From the NCBI GenBank assembly GCA_963675515.1, contig OY776328.1:690001-722000 (forward strand): a DNA stretch of 32,000 nt, read 5' to 3'. Source of the DNA: Coprobacillaceae bacterium. Lineage in GTDB: Bacteria; Bacillota_I; Bacilli_A; Erysipelotrichales; Coprobacillaceae. Positions 24,715 through 32,000 of this stretch are shown here, one piece after another. The position numbers were made by a program, and so were the translations under genes. The notes beneath the pieces were generated by a model that saw nothing but the letters and a program-made list of their open reading frames with translations, searched no databases and had not been told where the DNA came from. Positions within the stretch are counted from its first letter, which is position 1. The number at the start of each line of letters is the position of its first letter.

Positions 24715-26001
24715 ATGAACACAAGTATTAAAAGATTAGAAAACGCAATCACAGAAGTAAAACTTTCTTTTGATAAAGAAGAATGGACTGGCGCTAAAGA
24801 AGCTGCAGTTGATAAATTAGCTAAAGACGTAAAAGTTGATGGATTCAGACCAGGAAAAGCTCCTAAGCAATTGGTGCGCTCAAAAATTTCCCAAGCGTCA
24901 ATCCAACAGGAAGCTATCGACGCTCTTCTTTCAGAAAACTATGGTAAAGCATTGATGGAAAACAAATTGGCTCCAATCGCTCAACCATCAGTAAACATCG
25001 AACAAATGGATGACGAAGGAATCACTGTTGTGATCAGCGTTCCAGTATTGCCGGAAGTTGAACTTGGACAATACAAAGATTTGGAAGTTGCCAAAGGAAC
25101 AGTTGAAGTAACCGATGAAGAAATCGAAAACGCCCTTAAGAACTATCAACAACAATTCTCTGAATTGTCTGTAAAAGGTGAAGAAGCTACAGTTGAACTT
25201 AACGACACAGCTACAATCGATTTCGAAGGTTTCGTTGACGGTGAAGCTTTCGAAGGCGGAAAAGGTGAAGCTTACCCATTGGAAATCGGTTCAGGATCAT
25301 TCATCCCAGGATTCGAAGATCAATTGGTTGGTTTGAAAGCCGGAGAAGAAAAAGACGTAGTTGTAACTTTCCCTGAAGATTACGGTGCTGACAACCTGGC
25401 TGGCAAAGAAGCTACATTCAAATGTAAAATCATCGACATCAAAACAAAAACATTGCCAGAAATCGATGACGAATTGGCTAAAGACGTAAACATCGAAGGT
25501 GTTGAAACTTTGGATCAACTTAAAGAACATGTGACTAAAGATCTTACTAGCCGCAAAGAATCGGAAGTTGAAAACAAATTCAACGAAGATCTGTTCAAAG
25601 CAATCATCGAAAACTCTAAAGTTGAAGAATCGGCTGCAATGATCGAACAAGAAGTGCAACAATTGCTTCAAGAAATCGAAATGAACCTGCAACAACAAGG
25701 GTTGAACTTCGAATTGTATGAACAATTCACTGGACAATCTAAAGACAAGATTGCACAAGACGTTCGCCCACAAGCGGTTGACCGTTTCAAATTGAACGCG
25801 ATCCTGGCACAAATCGTGAAAGCAGAAGGATTGGAAAACACTCAAGAAGAACTTGATGCTGAATTACAAATGATCGCTGACACATACCAAAGAGAATTGG
25901 AAGAAGTTAAAAACATCTTCGCTAATAATATGGACCGTTTAGAGTCTGATTTACTTACAAGAAAAGCTCTTGAATTTGTAAGAGACAATCTTAAAAAGTA
26001 A
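24715..26001 (+). CDS. tig: Trigger factor
   Basis: N-terminal ribosome-binding motif GFRPGKAP. FKBP-type PPIase core (IDFEGFVDGEAFEGGKG...GSGSFIPGFEDQLVG). SD AAAGGAG precedes the ATG at 24715; the ORF opens at 24685 with TTG. Confidence 0.93.
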   Translation: MNTSIKRLENAITEVKLSFDKEEWTGAKEAAVDKLAKDVKVDGFRPGKAPKQLVRSKISQASIQQEAIDALLSENYGKALMENKLAPIAQPSVNIEQMDDEGITVVISVPVLPEVELGQYKDLEVAKGTVEVTDEEIENALKNYQQQFSELSVKGEEATVELNDTATIDFEGFVDGEAFEGGKGEAYPLEIGSGSFIPGFEDQLVGLKAGEEKDVVVTFPEDYGADNLAGKEATFKCKIIDIKTKTLPEIDDELAKDVNIEGVETLDQLKEHVTKDLTSRKESEVENKFNEDLFKAIIENSKVEESAAMIEQEVQQLLQEIEMNLQQQGLNFELYEQFTGQSKDKIAQDVRPQAVDRFKLNAILAQIVKAEGLENTQEELDAELQMIADTYQRELEEVKNIFANNMDRLESDLLTRKALEFVRDNLKK

Positions 26002-26010
26002 TATAATTAA

Positions 26011-26031
26011 AGGACGCTTCGGCGTCTTTTT
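26011..26031 (+). terminator. Terminator or attenuator after tig
   Basis: GACGC-TTCG-GCGTC followed by TTTTT. Confidence 0.6.
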
Positions 26032-26048
26032 ATACAAGGAGGAAAATT

Positions 26049-28367
26049 ATGAGTGAACAAGCAATGTATAAATACCCTGTAATTTTTACTCGCGGAATGG
26101 TTGTTTATCCAGAAAACAAATTGACTTTAGATGTCGGGCGCCCTCTTTCGCTAGAAGCGATTGAACAGGCCCATGACAAATATGATGACAATGTCATCAT
26201 GGTTTCCCAAATTGATCCGGTAGTTGAAAACCCAACGGAAAAAGACGTTTTCTACATGGCAACGTTGTGCAAAATTTCCAAAAAGATCCGCCGGGCAACC
26301 CAGGATTCGATGCGAGTTACGGTTCGGGGAATCAGCCGATTCAAGGTGGCAAACTACGAATTTACCGATGAAACGATTTTCGCTTCAGGGGAAGTTGTTG
26401 AAAGCGTAAGAGGCGAATTCAATGAAGAAGTGGCCCTGGTGCGCAAGGTTTCACAGTATTTCCAAGACGCCCAAAGATATCTGCCGCATATGCCCACAGT
26501 TGCAATCAACCGTCTGGAAAGCGGAGTCCATCCAAGCGAACTGGCTGACACTATTGCCATGTATCTGCCTTGCTCCCTGGCCCGCAAACAGAAAATCCTG
26601 GAAACCCTTAATGTCAATGAGAGATTGCTTCTTGTTGCCCAAACGGTCGAACAGGAAAGCTCAATCATTGTGATTGAAGAGGAAATCAACCGCAAGGTGC
26701 GCGAATCAGTCGACGAGAACCAAAGGGAATTCTACCTTAGGGAAAAACTCAAGGCGATCCGCGAAGAACTTGGCGACACTGTCGACAAGGAAGATGACGC
26801 CAGCTACATCAAGCAACAGCTTGAAGAAAATCCTTATCCTGAGCATGTCAAAAAGAAAATTCTCGAAGAACTGCATCGGTTTGAAGCTATGCCTCAGGCC
26901 AGCTCCGAAGCCAATGTGGTCCGCACATACATTGACTGGATGATGAAGATCCCTTGGTTTGAAGAAACTGCGGATATCGAAGACATCAACCATGTCCAGG
27001 TCGTTCTTGATGAAGACCATTACGGTCTGGAAAAAGTCAAGGAGAGAATCGTTGAACATTTGGCTGTAAAACAGATGACCAAGTCCCTCAAAGCGCCGAT
27101 CATCTGCTTGGCCGGGCCACCAGGTGTCGGGAAGACTTCGCTTTCCAAATCGATTGCCCGTGCCTTGGGTCGCGAGTTTGTAAAAGCCAGCCTTGGAGGG
27201 GTTCGTGACGAAGCAGAAATCCGAGGTCACCGCCGCACTTACCTGGGATCAATGCCAGGAAGAATCATCCAATCGATGAAAAAGGCCGGTGTAGTCAATC
27301 CGGTATTCCTGCTTGATGAAATCGACAAGATGGCCAGCGACTATAAAGGTGATCCGACCAGCGCGATGCTTGAGGTCCTGGATCCCGAACAAAACAGCTT
27401 CTTCTCGGACAACTACCTTGAAGAGCCTTATGACCTGTCAAAGGTGCTTTTCATCGCCACAGCCAACGACCTTGGATCAATCCCGGCGCCGCTGTTGGAC
27501 CGTCTGGAAATCATCGAGCTTTCAAGCTACACTGAACAGGAAAAACTGATGATTGCCAAAAACAATCTGATTCCAAAACAATTGAAGCTTCACGGATTGA
27601 AAGCGGAACAGTTGAAAATTTCGGACGGGGCGATCATGGAGATCATCCGCCATTATACCCGCGAAGCCGGAGTTCGTAACCTGGAAAGGCTGATTGCCAA
27701 AGTGTGCCGCAAGGCAGTTTTGGAAATCCTGAAAGTTGGAAAAGAAAGCTTCGTTGTGGAAAAAGACAATCTGGAAGCGATCCTTTCCAAAGCTCCTTAC
27801 ACCCATACCAAAAAACAAAAGGAACCGACTGTCGGTGTCGTTACCGGTCTTGCCTGGACCCAGTTTGGCGGAGATATTCTGCCAATCGAGGTTACCTATT
27901 TCAAGGGTAACGGGAAATTGATCATCACCGGACAACTCGGTGATGTCATGAAGGAATCGGCTTCGATTGCGCTTGACTACCTAAAAGCCAACGCAGCCAA
28001 ATACGGTCTTGAAGACAAGGAATTCGCCAAGTTCGACATCCATATCCACGTACCTGAAGGTGCGGTTAAAAAGGATGGTCCTTCAGCCGGTGTCACTTTG
28101 ACAACTGCCCTTTATTCGGCTTTTGCCAACAAGCTGGTGCGCAACGATATCGCGATGACTGGCGAAGTCACACTGCGAGGCAATGTGCTGCCAATCGGCG
28201 GACTTAAGGAAAAAGCCATCTCGGCGCATCGTTCAGGAATCAAGAAGATAATCATTCCAAGCCAGAACGAAAAGGATATCGAGGATATCCCTAATGAAGT
28301 GCGTAACGAGATTGAAATCGTCCTTGCCGACCATGTCGATGACGTATTTGAACACGCATTCCTATAA
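26049..28367 (+). CDS. lon: ATP-dependent Lon protease (LonA)
   Basis: LON N-domain, Walker A GPPGVGKTS, Walker B FLLDEIDK, and protease Ser motif KDGPSAGVT with the downstream Lys (IGGLKEK). Confidence 0.95.
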   Translation: MSEQAMYKYPVIFTRGMVVYPENKLTLDVGRPLSLEAIEQAHDKYDDNVIMVSQIDPVVENPTEKDVFYMATLCKISKKIRRATQDSMRVTVRGISRFKVANYEFTDETIFASGEVVESVRGEFNEEVALVRKVSQYFQDAQRYLPHMPTVAINRLESGVHPSELADTIAMYLPCSLARKQKILETLNVNERLLLVAQTVEQESSIIVIEEEINRKVRESVDENQREFYLREKLKAIREELGDTVDKEDDASYIKQQLEENPYPEHVKKKILEELHRFEAMPQASSEANVVRTYIDWMMKIPWFEETADIEDINHVQVVLDEDHYGLEKVKERIVEHLAVKQMTKSLKAPIICLAGPPGVGKTSLSKSIARALGREFVKASLGGVRDEAEIRGHRRTYLGSMPGRIIQSMKKAGVVNPVFLLDEIDKMASDYKGDPTSAMLEVLDPEQNSFFSDNYLEEPYDLSKVLFIATANDLGSIPAPLLDRLEIIELSSYTEQEKLMIAKNNLIPKQLKLHGLKAEQLKISDGAIMEIIRHYTREAGVRNLERLIAKVCRKAVLEILKVGKESFVVEKDNLEAILSKAPYTHTKKQKEPTVGVVTGLAWTQFGGDILPIEVTYFKGNGKLIITGQLGDVMKESASIALDYLKANAAKYGLEDKEFAKFDIHIHVPEGAVKKDGPSAGVTLTTALYSAFANKLVRNDIAMTGEVTLRGNVLPIGGLKEKAISAHRSGIKKIIIPSQNEKDIEDIPNEVRNEIEIVLADHVDDVFEHAFL

Positions 28368-28393
28368 TCACTGCTTCTTGCAGTGATTTTTTT
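28367..28393 (+). terminator. Terminator after lon
   Basis: ATCACTGC-TTCTT-GCAGTGAT followed by TTTTTTT, starting at the stop codon. Confidence 0.75.
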
Positions 28394-28443
28394 CTTGTCT
28401 TTTGAAATTGATTTGTTATACTTGATTTAGAAAGTGTGGTATT

Positions 28444-29043
28444 ATGGCAAAAATTACTAAATCGGAATATATATTATCAGCGGCCTGGGAGTCGCAATGG
28501 CCTGAGGAATCAGTGCCGGAAATCTGTCTGGCGGGAAGATCGAATGTCGGTAAATCATCGTTTATCAATACAATGCTCAACCGCAAAGGTCTGGCCAAAG
28601 TTTCATCGAATCCTGGCAAGACACGTACCTTGAACTTCTACAACGTCAACGACCAGCTACGTTTCGTCGATGTGCCGGGCTATGGCTATGCCAAGGTTCC
28701 CGAACATATCCAGAAGTCATTCGGAGCGATGATCGACACATACATCACCAAACGGAAGACCCTCAAGGGACTGATCCTGATCGTCGACTATCGTCATACC
28801 CCGACGGGCGATGACATTCAGATGTACGAATATGTGAAGTATTACAAGCTGCCAGTCATCGTGGTGGCGACCAAAGAAGACAAACTAAAACGCAACGAAC
28901 TCAAGAAGTTCGAAAAGCGGATCAAGGACAAACTAGGCTTTGATGAAAGCGACAAGTTTATCCGCTTTTCATCGTTTTCCAATGTAGGAATCGACCAGGC
29001 CTGGCAGGCGATTTATGATTTGTGCGACGTTAATTTTGACTAG
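28444..29043 (+). CDS. engB: Ribosome-biogenesis GTPase YsxC/EngB
   Basis: G1 GRSNVGKSS, G3 DVPGYG and G4 TKEDK. The N-terminus is colinear with B. subtilis YsxC. lon-engB synteny. Confidence 0.92.
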   Translation: MAKITKSEYILSAAWESQWPEESVPEICLAGRSNVGKSSFINTMLNRKGLAKVSSNPGKTRTLNFYNVNDQLRFVDVPGYGYAKVPEHIQKSFGAMIDTYITKRKTLKGLILIVDYRHTPTGDDIQMYEYVKYYKLPVIVVATKEDKLKRNELKKFEKRIKDKLGFDESDKFIRFSSFSNVGIDQAWQAIYDLCDVNFD

Positions 29044-29046
29044 CGG

Positions 29047-29075
29047 TTGCTTTTTAAAATCATAAATGGTAGAAT
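29047..29075 (+). promoter_or_regulatory. Promoter of the T-box leader
   Basis: TTGCTT (29047-29052), a 17-nt spacer, then TAGAAT (29070-29075) preceded by TGg. Confidence 0.6.
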
Positions 29076-29081
29076 TATGGA

Positions 29082-29299
29082 GCAATGATTTGGAGGAGTA
29101 GTAAAGCAGCGTTTTTTAGAGACCTCTTGGCTGGTGGAAAAGGGGAATGGGGCTTTATGAAGGTAGCCAATGAGCCTGGCGGCTGAACTGTAAGTAGGCT
29201 GTCACGTTTTCCGCGTTAAGGAATCGAGTGCTTGTCGAAAAGATAAGAATTAAGGTGGTACCGCGATAAGATCGTCCTTAGATGGAGGGTCTTTTTTTT
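29082..29299 (+). promoter_or_regulatory. T-box riboswitch leader (tRNA-sensing transcription attenuator)
   Basis: AGTA (29097-29100) and AGAGA (29118-29122) Stem I elements. Specifier region TGAAGGTAGCC (29158-29168). T-box sequence AATTAAGGTGGTACCGCG (29248-29265). Terminator GATCGTCC-TTAGAT-GGAGGGTC plus T8 (29270-29299). Confidence 0.85.
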
Positions 29300-29319
29300 G
29301 TGTGTTCAGGGAGGAAATT

Positions 29320-29976
29320 ATGACACAGGATATCTTTTTTTTAGGAATTACATTGGCATTGAGCGTTGGAGTTATCTACATCTATCTAAGCAAAATGAAC
29401 AAGGCCAAGAAAATGCGCCAGCAGGCAATGGATACGATCGAGGAAAACAAGGAAAAGTACCGTCACCTCGACTATTTCGCACTACAGAACGCCTCAAATG
29501 GCCACCAGACGCATGTGATCTTATATCACCTGATGGCAAAAGAGGACGAGTATTATGAAATAGAAGAGCCGGCAATGTCTTTTTACGAATATCTTACAAA
29601 ACCGCAGCGGAAAATATACGGCGTATATCTTCTTGAACGGGAACTGGCAAACAAAGGGAGCATCGAGAAATTCATGGAATCCGATGGCGCAAGTTATCTT
29701 GAAGACCTTTATGAGCTTTTCGACGCCATCTCAACCCATGAGATCAAGGAATGTCTCAAGGAGGCGGTCGAATACTATCGCTTCTCAATCGGTGAAAGCG
29801 AAGTCGAGAACACCGAAGGTCAATATCCGTCTTACAATCTTACCGACTTCAAGGAAGAAATCATGGCTCTGGTTCGCCAGGAATCATTCATCAAGTCGAT
29901 TGACAATTATATTTTAGAAAATGCGAACCAATATTGCGACATCAAGGAGGAAACAGATGAAAGAACTAGCGACTAA
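29320..29976 (+). CDS. N-terminally anchored hypothetical protein, possibly DUF4375/DMP19-like
   Basis: SD GGGAGG lies 5 nt upstream of the ATG at 29320; the ORF opens at 29302. TM segment [19 protein letters not shown]. The segment [30 protein letters not shown] loosely resembles the DUF4375 core. The 3' end overlaps the valS start by 20 nt. Confidence 0.6.
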   Translation: MTQDIFFLGITLALSVGVIYIYLSKMNKAKKMRQQAMDTIEENKEKYRHLDYFALQNASNGHQTHVILYHLMAKEDEYYEIEEPAMSFYEYLTKPQRKIYGVYLLERELANKGSIEKFMESDGASYLEDLYELFDAISTHEIKECLKEAVEYYRFSIGESEVENTEGQYPSYNLTDFKEEIMALVRQESFIKSIDNYILENANQYCDIKEETDERTSD

Positions 29977-32000
29977 ATACGACCATCGCCAGGTTGAAGA
30001 AGGCAAATACCAGCACTGGCTGGATAAAAAATATTTCGAAGCGGGAGATACAAGCAAAAAGCCGTACTCGATTGTCATCCCACCGCCAAATGTGACCGGA
30101 AAACTGCATTTGGGTCATGCCTGGGATACGACGCTACAGGATATGATCATCCGCCACAAAAGGATGCAGGGATATGACGCTTTGTGGCTTCCAGGAATGG
30201 ACCACGCCGGTATAGCGACTCAGGCGAAGGTTGAGGCTCGTCTGCGCGAACAGGGGATTTCCCGCTACGATCTTGGCCGGGAAGGATTCTTGGAAAAAAC
30301 CTGGGAATGGAAAGAGGAATATGCAAGTATCATCCGCGAGCAATGGGCGAAGCTGGGACTTTCCCTTGACTACTCCAAGGAACGTTTCACACTTGATGAC
30401 GGACTTTCTGAGGCGGTGAAGGAAGTCTTCGTCAAGCTTTATGAACAGGAACTGCTCTATCGGGGTGAACGGATCATCAACTGGGATCCGGTCCAAAAAA
30501 CGGCACTTTCCAACGTCGAGGTAATCCACAAGGAAGTCAATGGGGCGATGTATTACTTCAAATACAAGCTTGAAGACAGTGGCAGGGAACTGGTCATCGC
30601 CACAACCCGTCCGGAAACAATGTTCGGGGATACGGCGATCTTCGTCCATCCTGACGACACGCGCTACCAGGACATCATCGGCAAATTCGCGATCAACCCG
30701 GCCAACGGGGAATCCCTGCCGATTCTCGCAGATGACTATATCGACATGGACTTCGGGACTGCGGTCATGAAATGTACCCCGGCCCATGACCCTAACGACT
30801 TTGTCCTGGGTAAAAAGCATGATCTGGCGATGCCGATCTGCATGAATCCCGATGGAACGATGAACGAGCTGGCCCACAAATACCAGGGGATGGACCGTTT
30901 CGAGTGCCGCAAGGCACTGGTAGCCGATTTCGAAGCTGCCGGGGTGGTCGACCATATCGAACCGATCGTCCATCAGGTCGGGCATTCGGAAAGATCCGAT
31001 GCCATTGTCGAGCCATATCTGTCTAAACAGTGGTTCGTCAAGATGGAACCGCTGGCCAAGGAAGCCCTGGCAAACCAGGAAACCGCCGGGAAGGTCAACT
31101 TCGTGCCGGAACGCTTCGAAAAGACATTCAACAACTGGATGGAAAATATCGAAGACTGGTGCATTTCCCGCCAGCTGTGGTGGGGACATCGGATCCCGGC
31201 CTGGTACCATAAGGAAACCGGTGAAGTTGTTGTGGCCAAGGATGCTCCTGAAGACATCGAGAACTACGTCCAGGACGAAGATGTACTGGATACCTGGTTC
31301 TCATCGGCGCTGTGGCCGTTTTCAACACTTGGATGGCCCGATGAAAATGCCGAACTGTTCAAACGCTACTTCCCGACCAACACCCTGGTTACCGGATATG
31401 ACATCATCTTCTTCTGGGTAAGCCGGATGATCTTCCAGTCGCTCAACTTCACGGACAAAAGACCGTTCGATGATGTGCTGATCCATGGTCTGATCCGCGA
31501 CGCCAACGGGGTCAAGATGTCGAAGTCGCTTGGCAACGGAATCGATCCGATGGATGTCATCGAACAGTACGGAGCGGATACGCTGCGCTATTTCCTGACA
31601 ACCAACTCGGCACCGGGTATGGACTTGCGTTTCATTCCCGAGAAGCTTGACGCTTCATGGAATTTCATCAACAAGATCTGGAACTCGGCGCGTTTTGTTT
31701 TGATGAATATCGATGAAAACCTTAAATATGAGGATCTGACTTTCACCGACTTGAACCTGTGTGACAAATGGATACTCAACCGCCTGAATGAAGTGATCGA
31801 GGAAGTCAACGCGAACATGGAAAAATTCGAGTTCGTGGTTGTCGGATCGACTCTGCATCAGTTCATCTGGGATGACTATTGTTCATGGTATATCGAGCTG
31901 GCCAAAGCCCATCTCAACAGCGACAATGAGGCTGAAAAAACTGCAACCCGCAATACTCTGGTTTATGTGATGAACGCGATTGTCAAACTGTTGCATCCGT
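29957..32000 (+). CDS. valS: Valyl-tRNA synthetase, N-terminal about 680 codons; 3' end lies outside the window
   Basis: Absent from the supplied ORF track because it has no stop in the window. My own translation gives [57 protein letters not shown] (HIGH motif), the editing-domain region [12 protein letters not shown], and KMSKS (VKMSKSLGN near 31510). SD AAGGAGG lies 6 nt upstream. Confidence 0.93.
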   Translation, partial: MKELATKYDHRQVEEGKYQHWLDKKYFEAGDTSKKPYSIVIPPPNVTGKLHLGHAWDTTLQDMIIRHKRMQGYDALWLPGMDHAGIATQAKVEARLREQGISRYDLGREGFLEKTWEWKEEYASIIREQWAKLGLSLDYSKERFTLDDGLSEAVKEVFVKLYEQELLYRGERIINWDPVQKTALSNVEVIHKEVNGAMYYFKYKLEDSGRELVIATTRPETMFGDTAIFVHPDDTRYQDIIGKFAINPANGESLPILADDYIDMDFGTAVMKCTPAHDPNDFVLGKKHDLAMPICMNPDGTMNELAHKYQGMDRFECRKALVADFEAAGVVDHIEPIVHQVGHSERSDAIVEPYLSKQWFVKMEPLAKEALANQETAGKVNFVPERFEKTFNNWMENIEDWCISRQLWWGHRIPAWYHKETGEVVVAKDAPEDIENYVQDEDVLDTWFSSALWPFSTLGWPDENAELFKRYFPTNTLVTGYDIIFFWVSRMIFQSLNFTDKRPFDDVLIHGLIRDANGVKMSKSLGNGIDPMDVIEQYGADTLRYFLTTNSAPGMDLRFIPEKLDASWNFINKIWNSARFVLMNIDENLKYEDLTFTDLNLCDKWILNRLNEVIEEVNANMEKFEFVVVGSTLHQFIWDDYCSWYIELAKAHLNSDNEAEKTATRNTLVYVMNAIVKLLHP

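Noticed and set aside
25297-25845. 182-aa minus-strand ORF inside tig
   Set aside because: This is an antisense shadow of the trigger factor gene. Its F-rich, low-complexity sequence reflects the complement of GAA/AAA-rich sense codons.
29162-29164. Reading the T-box specifier as GGU (glycine)
   Set aside because: The register directly after GAA favours GGU. However, the antiterminator bulge UGGU predicts an A73 discriminator (Val-like, not Gly-like), and the regulated synthetase is valS. This stays flagged as ambiguous rather than being called a Gly T-box.
30134-31210. 358-aa minus-strand ORF, the largest listed ORF in this region
   Set aside because: The plus strand encodes valS (HIGH and KMSKS motifs). 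It is missing from the track only because it has no stop inside the window. The minus ORF is an antisense shadow.
1-32000. CRISPR arrays, rRNA genes, tandem repeats
   Set aside because: I found no regularly spaced short repeats and no rRNA-like segments. The only multi-copy sequences are the 679-bp repeat, the tRNA-Arg units and the roughly 100-bp promoter module.

Overview
This looks like a chromosomal window from a Bacillota or Mollicutes-related bacterium using the standard genetic code (TGA serves as a stop). All product calls come from motifs I recognise by eye; no database search was possible.

Layout:
- Housekeeping block, 1-13.4 kb: P-type ATPase 3' part, lspA-rluD-dCMP deaminase, a rhodanese lipoprotein, an RNase HIII-like gene, then cvpA-mutS2-uvrC-murI-phosphoesterase. 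Many junctions are translationally coupled.
- Housekeeping block, 21.2-32 kb: a zinc-ribbon membrane protein, a YeiH-type transporter with a divergent LysR regulator, a small acidic ORF, a DUF3196-like gene, tig-lon-engB, and a T-box leader followed by an orf and valS.
- Accessory stretch, 13.4-21.2 kb, visibly more AT-rich. It is organised around two identical tRNA-Arg(UCU) genes plus a third degenerate tRNA 3'-end remnant, giving two integrase-less islets.
  - Islet 1 holds a beta-helix protein, glutathione peroxidase, a CaCA exchanger and a 61-aa protein.
  - Islet 2 holds two membrane-anchored acidic proteins and a membrane-spanning MerR-family regulator with a classic 19-bp-spacer MerR promoter, plus a decayed second copy of that promoter module.

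The most striking structural feature is an IS1634/IS4-type insertion at 5.2-7.1 kb. It is bracketed by a 679-bp, 677/679-identical direct duplication that copies the cvpA promoter and most of cvpA.

I found no CRISPR array, rRNA, integrase or recognisable defence or toxin genes. The best candidate for an undescribed system is the islet-2 cassette at 18.4-20.8 kb, but its function is entirely inferential.
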